A DNA stretch of 64,000 nucleotides from Candidatus Bathyarchaeia archaeon (GTDB lineage: Archaea > Thermoproteota > Bathyarchaeia > Bathyarchaeales > Bathycorpusculaceae). The notes under the pieces were generated by a model. That model had not been told where the DNA came from and made no database searches. It saw only the letters and a list, made by a program, of their open reading frames with translations. The position numbers and the translations under genes were made by a program. The stretch spans positions 1 through 64,000 of the forward strand of contig JBEKTQ010000001.1 in assembly GCA_049515895.1 (NCBI GenBank), given 5' to 3'. Shown one piece after another: positions 59,001 to 64,000 of this stretch (positions within the stretch are counted from its first letter, which is position 1; each line of letters starts with the position of its first letter).

Positions 59001-59477
59001 GCCTACAACCAAAGTTAACGCTTGGTCTGTTCCGCCCGCTGACCTTATCGGGCCTGCGAAGTATATTGCCAAGTATCGGGTTCTGTCGGCGTTGGTTTTT
59101 ATTTTTACTTGAGCGATGCCTTGAATCGGCGCAGCTGTTAAGCCCTCAGTGAAAATTGCAAGAGCTGTCCTTATCGCTTGTTCAGCCAGCTTCTCAGGGT
59201 CTGTTGTGCCGAATTTGCCCAGGACGATTTCCTCGGCCACTTTGAAGGCTATCTCCTCTCTTTGCATCTTAGTGCTTAATTCCCTGATGCTCAGTGCCAC
59301 TTGCTTCGGTCCAACAAGTCCCTCCACCAAATCAGCGATGTCTTGGGCAATAATACATTCTGTCTTCAAGGCTGGGTCCAAGCCTTCAGATCTTGCGCTG
59401 TCGCTTATTGCATACAAGTGCTTTAGCTCGTTTTCCAATGAGTCAACGTAGTTTAGATAGCCCTTGCTGATGTTCAA
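56064..59477 (-). CDS. polC: DNA polymerase D large subunit DP2
   Basis: AGPIRSAGGT, GGFRLRYGRSRN, RMGRPEKA, KRRDCDGDED catalytic motif, C-terminal Zn finger. Confidence 0.97.
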   Translation of the reverse strand: MNISKGYLNYVDSLENELKHLYAISDSARSEGLDPALKTECIIAQDIADLVEGLVGPKQVALSIRELSTKMQREEIAFKVAEEIVLGKFGTTDPEKLAEQAIRTALAIFTEGLTAAPIQGIAQVKIKTNADRTRYLAIYFAGPIRSAGGTDQALTLVVGDFVRQQLGLDRYKPTEEEVARFTEELRLYERSVGRFQYHIPDDELKKALYLIPVECTGTESDPVEVSSYRNLPRVETNRVRGGALRVVNDGIVGRAQKVHVIIKKIGFQGWDWLKEFKKKSEKKSGGFMDDVIAGRPIFAFPSRRGGFRLRYGRSRNTGLSAVGIHPATMLVLENFLAAGTQMRLELPGKGCVTLPVDSIEPPVVLLKDNSVVRVSIQNFAEVKGKIQKILFLGDILISFGDFLYSNKSLPPSGYVEEWWNKDLQSQIANKFVSDIRKAADAAQISVEKIKGFLEDPFSNKPTAKEAILLSIHLGVPLHPSATFFWSSLSNAQEVEELRSWLDSSEVTKYEDVVCRIAGENNQDVVALLRKIFAPHKIIKGKISMEGEDAAAFAFSLGYGASRMIDAAEPLSVTEAISRLSGVQVKEKAPTYVGGRMGRPEKAKRREMKPLVHVLFPVSLAGGTHRDLLEAAKQEHVFVEMVRRKCLNCKSYTRRIKCPSCGSETIEEKCCPRCGKALKDNPCPTCKADPIFYQRQSVNFKELVDDACKSLGYSAPKLLRGVKGLTNLNKTPEIVEKGILRAKYELSVYKDGTIRFDGTNAPLTHFTPKEVGISIEKIRQLGYSYDTHGFPLTNANQVCELKVQDVVIPWKAGEYFLQIAAFIDDLLVRVYKLPPYYSVKKPEDLVGHLIFGLAPHTCACILGRVVGFTDRNVIYAHPIWHSAKRRDCDGDEDAIMLALDTLLNFSRVYLPAQIGGIMDAPILLIPFVNTKEVQRQAHDFDVDQTYPVEFYLKTWDKGEAGPVSSIMDVISHRLGTEAQFEGFQYTTPVTNINVGNANSSYKEFKSMADKLNKQLELGERIDAVDVKRVALKVLTTHLIRDIAGNLRAFSTQSFRCKSCNKKFRRLPLKGKCPFCGGKLTLTVYQGNIEKYLVAAQQLVDKYGLPTYYTQRMVLIKEEIASMFDNKKPKQAKLFDFSS

Positions 59478-59567
59478 AGCGCAGCTCCCAAGGCAAGATA
59501 TACAGTGATGGTTTATTTTGCTTTTCTAAAAATTAGACGCAAAAGCCAGAAACAAAACGGTGCATAA

Positions 59568-60320
59568 TTAAGCTTTGATGTTTTTAATTGCCGCGATGAT
59601 TTCAGCGACTTTTTGCTTAGAACCGGACGTCTCTGTAACGTTCCCCGTTACTATGATGTCGGCTCCTGCGGAGGCGGCAGCTACTGCTTGCTCCTTGGTT
59701 CTAATTCCTCCGCCAACGATAAGGGGGATTTCAAGTACATGCTTCACTGCATGAATCATCTCTGGAGGTACTGGGTCTTTCGCGCCCGAACCGCCCTCAA
59801 GATAAACGAACCGCATACCTAGATATTGGCCCGCCAGCGCATGGGCTGCAGCAAGTTCCGGCTTGTTGTAAGGCACGGAGATTGCTTTTCCTACGATGCC
59901 AGCCGTTCCGCCTTCACCGACAATTATGTATCCCATGGATAAGGGTTCTAAATGGTATTTTTTGACAAGTGGTGCACCAAGTATTTGCGCGCCGATGAGA
60001 AAATAGGGGTCAACCGAGTTTAGAAGTGACATGAACCATATTGCGTCTGCATGGCTGCTAATGCCTGTTACGTTATTTGGGAAAAGTATTGTGGGGAGAG
60101 TTACGCGTGATTTGATAGCTTTGACGACGTCGTCGAGATGCGTCTGAGAAATAAATGTTGAGCCTCCAATCATGATGGCGGCTGTTCCGCTGTTTTTGGA
60201 GTTTTCAGCGATGCGTGAGGCATCTTGGGCTGTCACTTTTTCAGGGTCAATAAGTGTTAGGTGGATGGAGCCTTCGGTTTTCATTTTTTCAAGCAAGTAT
60301 TTTTCGGTAGGCCCTAGCAT
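59568..60320 (-). CDS. Geranylgeranylglyceryl phosphate synthase (group II)
   Basis: LIDPEK, IGGST, SLLNS, YLEGGSGA, VGGGIR. Confidence 0.93.
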   Translation of the reverse strand: MLGPTEKYLLEKMKTEGSIHLTLIDPEKVTAQDASRIAENSKNSGTAAIMIGGSTFISQTHLDDVVKAIKSRVTLPTILFPNNVTGISSHADAIWFMSLLNSVDPYFLIGAQILGAPLVKKYHLEPLSMGYIIVGEGGTAGIVGKAISVPYNKPELAAAHALAGQYLGMRFVYLEGGSGAKDPVPPEMIHAVKHVLEIPLIVGGGIRTKEQAVAAASAGADIIVTGNVTETSGSKQKVAEIIAAIKNIKA

Positions 60321-60336
60321 GCCAATAATCCTTCAA

Positions 60337-60606
60337 TTACTCTTTCTTTAAGTTCGGTAATGGCGCTCTCTTGCCGGAACCGTAAACTCGGTCGGTTAGC
60401 ATGCAGTAAACGTCAACTTCGCCTTGAGCTGGTTTAACTGGAAACTCTTCTTTAAGACCGCAACTACTACATTGGGCAACTGCGTGACCGCCGTCTTCTC
60501 TAGAAATTTCAACTTTAACGGTTTCCTTTCCACATCTGGGACAGGAAAAGAACTTTGGCAAACGCTTCTTGGGAATATGAACAACTTTTTTCCTTCTTCG
60601 ACCCAA
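60337..60606 (-). CDS. elf1: Transcription elongation factor Elf1
   Basis: MGRRRKK...LPK.F.CPRCG...CSSCG...VDVY. Confidence 0.9.
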   Translation of the reverse strand: MGRRRKKVVHIPKKRLPKFFSCPRCGKETVKVEISREDGGHAVAQCSSCGLKEEFPVKPAQGEVDVYCMLTDRVYGSGKRAPLPNLKKE

Positions 60607-60705
60607 CTACAACAGCCTTCAAATCGACGATGATGTTGAGTAATATTTATCCTTGTCCTTAAATACTTGCCTACAAACCAAGAATATAGGTCTGCGTGAA
60701 GCCGA

Positions 60706-61548
60706 TTGAAACTGGCGCCTTCTGTCTTCAACATTGACTTTTCGGAAACCCAAAAAAGAATTTGCCGCTTCATCAAAGAATACGTTGAAAACGCAGGATC
60801 TAAAGGAATAGTTCTCGGCTTATCGGGCGGAATCGACAGTGCCACAATAGCCGCGCTTTCAAGCCTTGCAGTAGGTGGAAAGAACGTCTTGGCCCTAATG
60901 CTTCCCGAAGAAGAAAACTTCAGCCAAAAGGACATTGAAGACGCAAAGGCCGTAGCCGATCAATTTCAACTGGAAACCAGTACCTGTGACATAACAAAGG
61001 TCACGGAATGTTTCTACAAGCAGATCCCAGTATTCGATCCCAAAGACAGGCTCTGCAAGGGAAACATCAAGGCAAGAACCAGAATGATTTATCTCTATTA
61101 TTACGCGAACAAGTTCAATAAGATCGTCTGTGGCAGCTCAGATAAATCGGAAACGATGATGGGTTACTTTACCAAATGGGGAGACGCAGCCTCGGACATA
61201 ACGCCAATCATGGACCTGTACAAGACCCAAGTTCGCAAGCTTGCCATTCACATAGGAATTCCAGAAGAGCTTGCGTCAAAACCGTCGACCCCAGCTCTTT
61301 GGCCTGCCCAGATGGCGGAGACGGAACTCGGCATCAAATACGAAACCTTAGACCTTATCCTCTACGGCCTAGAGCGTTTCATGACCCCTAAAGAGATTTC
61401 TGAGCAACTGAACATTGAAAAAACCCTCGCAGAAGCAGTTAAGCGGAGATGGCTCAGTAATGAGCACAAAAGAAGAATGCCGATTGCGCCTAAAATCGGC
61501 TACAGAACAGTGGGAATAGATTTTAGGCTTCCTAGACACACCTATTAA
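60706..61548 (+). CDS. nadE: NH3-dependent NAD+ synthetase
   Basis: LSGGIDSA, NIKARTRM, GYFTKWGD, LYKTQV, NEHKR. Confidence 0.95.
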   Translation: MKLAPSVFNIDFSETQKRICRFIKEYVENAGSKGIVLGLSGGIDSATIAALSSLAVGGKNVLALMLPEEENFSQKDIEDAKAVADQFQLETSTCDITKVTECFYKQIPVFDPKDRLCKGNIKARTRMIYLYYYANKFNKIVCGSSDKSETMMGYFTKWGDAASDITPIMDLYKTQVRKLAIHIGIPEELASKPSTPALWPAQMAETELGIKYETLDLILYGLERFMTPKEISEQLNIEKTLAEAVKRRWLSNEHKRRMPIAPKIGYRTVGIDFRLPRHTY

Positions 61549-61561
61549 AAGGGAAAAGCAA

Positions 61562-62395
61562 ATGAAAGACAAAATAAAAATTGCCCTTGCACAAATAAGC
61601 AGCAAACGAGAGGACAAAGAAGCGAACTTTCAGAAAATTGAGAAACTGACAGTCACCGCCAAACAACAAGGGGCAGAGCTGACTATTTTCCCAGAAATGT
61701 CGTTAACTGGATATGTTGTTCACGACCAGTTCTACGAGGTGGCAGAGACCGTTCCCGGACCGACCGTTGAAAAGGCGGAAGCGTTGGCTAAGAAGACAGG
61801 GATGCACCTCATTTTTGGGATGCCTGAGTTAAGCGAGAAAACCCAAGCAACAGTCTTCAACACCGCCGTCTTTGTAGGCCCAAAAGGCCTAATAGGCAAA
61901 TACCGTAAAATGTACTTGCCAACCCACAGCGTTTTTGAAGAAAAAAGATACTTCCGGCCAGGCTACCAGACAGCGGCATTCCAAACAGACCTTGGTAACG
62001 TGGGATTATGCATTTGTTACGATATTTTTTTCCCAGAGGTACTCAGATTAATTCGCTTGAAGGGCGCGCAATTAATTGTTTGTATTTCCGCCTCTCCTGC
62101 TGTTCGTAGAAGTTACTTTGAAACGTTAACTTGTGCGAGAGCAATCGAAAACACCGCTTATGTAGCTTATGTGAACCTTGCGGGTGTTCAGGATGGTTTG
62201 CAATTCTGGGGAGGAAGTAGACTTGTTAGCCCAAACGGAGACGTTTTAGCAAAGGCAAAGTATGACGAAGAAGACTTCTTGATATGCGAAGTGGATTACA
62301 GCGACCTCAGAAGCGCAGAGACGTTCATTCCAACCTTGAGGGACCTAAGACCTGAACTTTTCGACAAACTAAAAGAAGCCTCAGAGCGTCTCTAA
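61562..62395 (+). CDS. Nitrilase/carbon-nitrogen hydrolase family protein
   Basis: FPE, YRK, ICYD (E-K-C triad). Confidence 0.92.
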   Translation: MKDKIKIALAQISSKREDKEANFQKIEKLTVTAKQQGAELTIFPEMSLTGYVVHDQFYEVAETVPGPTVEKAEALAKKTGMHLIFGMPELSEKTQATVFNTAVFVGPKGLIGKYRKMYLPTHSVFEEKRYFRPGYQTAAFQTDLGNVGLCICYDIFFPEVLRLIRLKGAQLIVCISASPAVRRSYFETLTCARAIENTAYVAYVNLAGVQDGLQFWGGSRLVSPNGDVLAKAKYDEEDFLICEVDYSDLRSAETFIPTLRDLRPELFDKLKEASERL

Positions 62396-62420
62396 CGGCC
62401 AACTTGCAAAATTCTCTAAA

Positions 62421-62510
62421 AATCACAAGCGAATCACAAGATCATCACAACCTGTGATCTTACACATCTTATGAAGAAATCACAGTGACGCGCGTGATTA
62501 ATGACGTCAC
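62421..62510. repeat. Cluster of TCAC/GTGA motifs (left cluster)
   Basis: ATCACAA x3 at 11-bp spacing (TCAC at 62423, 62434, 62445); further sites at 62454, 62480, 62485, 62494, 62507; TGACGTCA palindrome. Confidence 0.75.
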
Positions 62511-62876
62511 ACCTCGCCATGCAGCTGGCTATTGAAAACTTTCTTGGAAATCTCAAAAGGATGAAGAGGAGTGAGTTGAATCCAGAAATCTAACGCTCCG
62601 AATTGATCACCGCGGCAAGTCCATAAACCACAAGTTCTTGTTTAAGGTCCTATCGAAGGGACTCTGCAGCTTGAATATCTTTGCCTCTTTCTAATTAATA
62701 AGCAGTTTTCAGGACTAAGTTAAAAAAATAGCCTCTGCCATTGCTTTATTTAGCTGTTACAGCCATGTTTATAGCCTTTTACCACAAAGGTTCTGCGTTT
62801 TTAATCCAATAAGCCTTAAAAACGTGAGCTAGTATACAAAATTGTATTCATAGAGATATACGGGGGAGCATGAAGT

Positions 62877-63356
62877 TTGAAACTAAAAGACAGCGTTCAA
62901 GCGTGGCTAAACGGGGCTCTAAGTGACCCTATTGTACAAATACTCAGTAAAAATAGCCAATTAACGAAAACACAGCTCGAAACATTATTAATAGATGTAT
63001 TAGCCGAAAATTTAGCAGGCAAAGATCTAAAATACGATGAAAAAGCCAATTTAAGGCTAACAAAGGCTAAAATAAGTCGGGGATCCTTTAACAGGACGCT
63101 ACAACAGTCTAAAGAAAATGTAATAAAATCGATCTACACCGTACTACTCCTAGGGTATTTAGGTGTGTTTGAGAGCTCAACTCTTGACCCATATCTCGAA
63201 ATCGCCAATAAGCTGCACGAATATGTGGAGGCACACCAGAACATGCCAGGCAAGGAAGAAGCACTAAAAGACCATCAAAAAGTGATAGAAATCATACGCC
63301 AGGAGATCGAAACAAGCCTTAAACGGCTCTCTAATCCATCAGAAGGCTTATTGTGA
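62877..63356 (+). CDS. Hypothetical protein with putative HTH DNA-binding region
   Basis: LTKTQLETL...YDEKANL....ISRGSFNRTLQQ resembles sigma4/Bat-like HTH. Confidence 0.75.
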   Translation: MKLKDSVQAWLNGALSDPIVQILSKNSQLTKTQLETLLIDVLAENLAGKDLKYDEKANLRLTKAKISRGSFNRTLQQSKENVIKSIYTVLLLGYLGVFESSTLDPYLEIANKLHEYVEAHQNMPGKEEALKDHQKVIEIIRQEIETSLKRLSNPSEGLL

Positions 63357-63638
63357 CGTCACAAATCACGGTTTAGATCGACAGTTTTTGGACTACAAGA
63401 ACAAGACTAAACAAGCCCAACGAAACGAGGCATAATAAGCTCAATTACAGAAAAAAAGCTCAAATTGTGGAGATCCAAAAGGCTTCTACGTAAGCAACCT
63501 GAAGTATAATAGATTGTGATGTGTGACGTCATAGTTAATACGTGATCACGTTACCAAAAACCTTAAAAAGTCCATGGATAACTGTGATGTGTGATGCAAT
63601 GGTCAAGTCACGCATGCGTCACAGAGATGGCAAATCAC
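63351..63638. repeat. Cluster of GTGA/TCAC motifs and palindromes (right cluster)
   Basis: TTGTGACGTCACAA (63351-63364), TGTGATGTGTGA at 63515 and 63583, ACGTGATCACGT (63540-63551), TCAC at 63366, 63608, 63619, 63635. Confidence 0.8.
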
Positions 63639-63651
63639 GATTGACTCCACT

Positions 63652-64000
63652 TTGGTAATTTTGGCAGTTTTGGCCATAGGTACAGTTGCAACTTCATTAG
63701 AATATTACAGTCAAGTACGCAAGGCCCAAAGGGAGTACGAGAAAGCTAAGAACACTGTTCAAGACATTGTTACGAGCTTTCACAGGGAGCTTAAGCGTGA
63801 AGCTGAAAAATTAGATATTGTCGCCTTCAAGATTGAAGGTAATTTTGCCAGAGCTGATGAAGGCCTCAAAAAAGCAGAAATGTTAGAAAAGAAGTTGATG
63901 CCAATTGATGGTCAAATTAGCATTGTCTCACAGAGTCTTAAACAGACCAGCACTAGCATCTTGTCCGGTTTGACTGACTTAGAGACGAAGATTCGGGATA
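63652..64000 (+). CDS. N-terminally membrane-anchored coiled-coil protein (3'-partial; not in ORF track)
   Basis: Open to window end: (M)VILAVLAIGTVATSLEYYSQVRKAQREYEKAKNTVQDIVTSFHRELKREAEKLD...; TTG start uncertain. Confidence 0.7.
   Translation, partial: MVILAVLAIGTVATSLEYYSQVRKAQREYEKAKNTVQDIVTSFHRELKREAEKLDIVAFKIEGNFARADEGLKKAEMLEKKLMPIDGQISIVSQSLKQTSTSILSGLTDLETKIRD

Noticed and set aside
56064-59477. Intein in DP2
   Set aside because: 1137 aa fits an intein-free DP2; no HN/C-type splice junction or LAGLIDADG insertion seen
62400-63650. Replication origin with ORB boxes near polD
   Set aside because: No convincing ORB consensus (TTCCAGTGGAAA...GGGG) and no cdc6/orc1 in the window; the repeated motif is GTGA/TCAC instead

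Overview
Archaeal window, most likely Bathyarchaeia (inference from PolD large subunit + Elf1 + group II GGGP synthase + Sec61beta + PQQ/Kelch surface proteins). It has three zones. (1) ~2.2-25.1 kb is a defence/mobile-element island: a 1743-aa protein with four GT-A domains, a kinase-like domain and a methyltransferase, coupled to a SLOG/LOG gene behind a structured leader; an AbiE-type pair; about seven further TA modules, three with decayed toxins; a YprB/YprA(MrfAB)-like nuclease-helicase pair; a UvrD-PD(D/E)XK fusion; two unannotated Zn-finger microproteins; and decayed tRNA-Gly and tRNA-Arg copies. (2) ~25-50 kb holds accessory membrane, surface and metabolic genes, including queC-queT preceded by a preQ1-I-like pseudoknot with an anti-SD and a coupled leader ORF. 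(3) ~50-64 kb is core genome (NAD kinase, Nob1, DP2, GGGPS, Elf1, NadE). It ends in an HTH-like gene bracketed by dense GTGA/TCAC motif clusters and a membrane-anchored coiled-coil gene. A dispersed non-coding repeat occurs four times in the same orientation; two copies carry 11 GAC units at exactly 10-bp spacing, next to what looks like a tyrosine-integrase C-terminal remnant. All family assignments are from motif recognition by eye; no database search was run.
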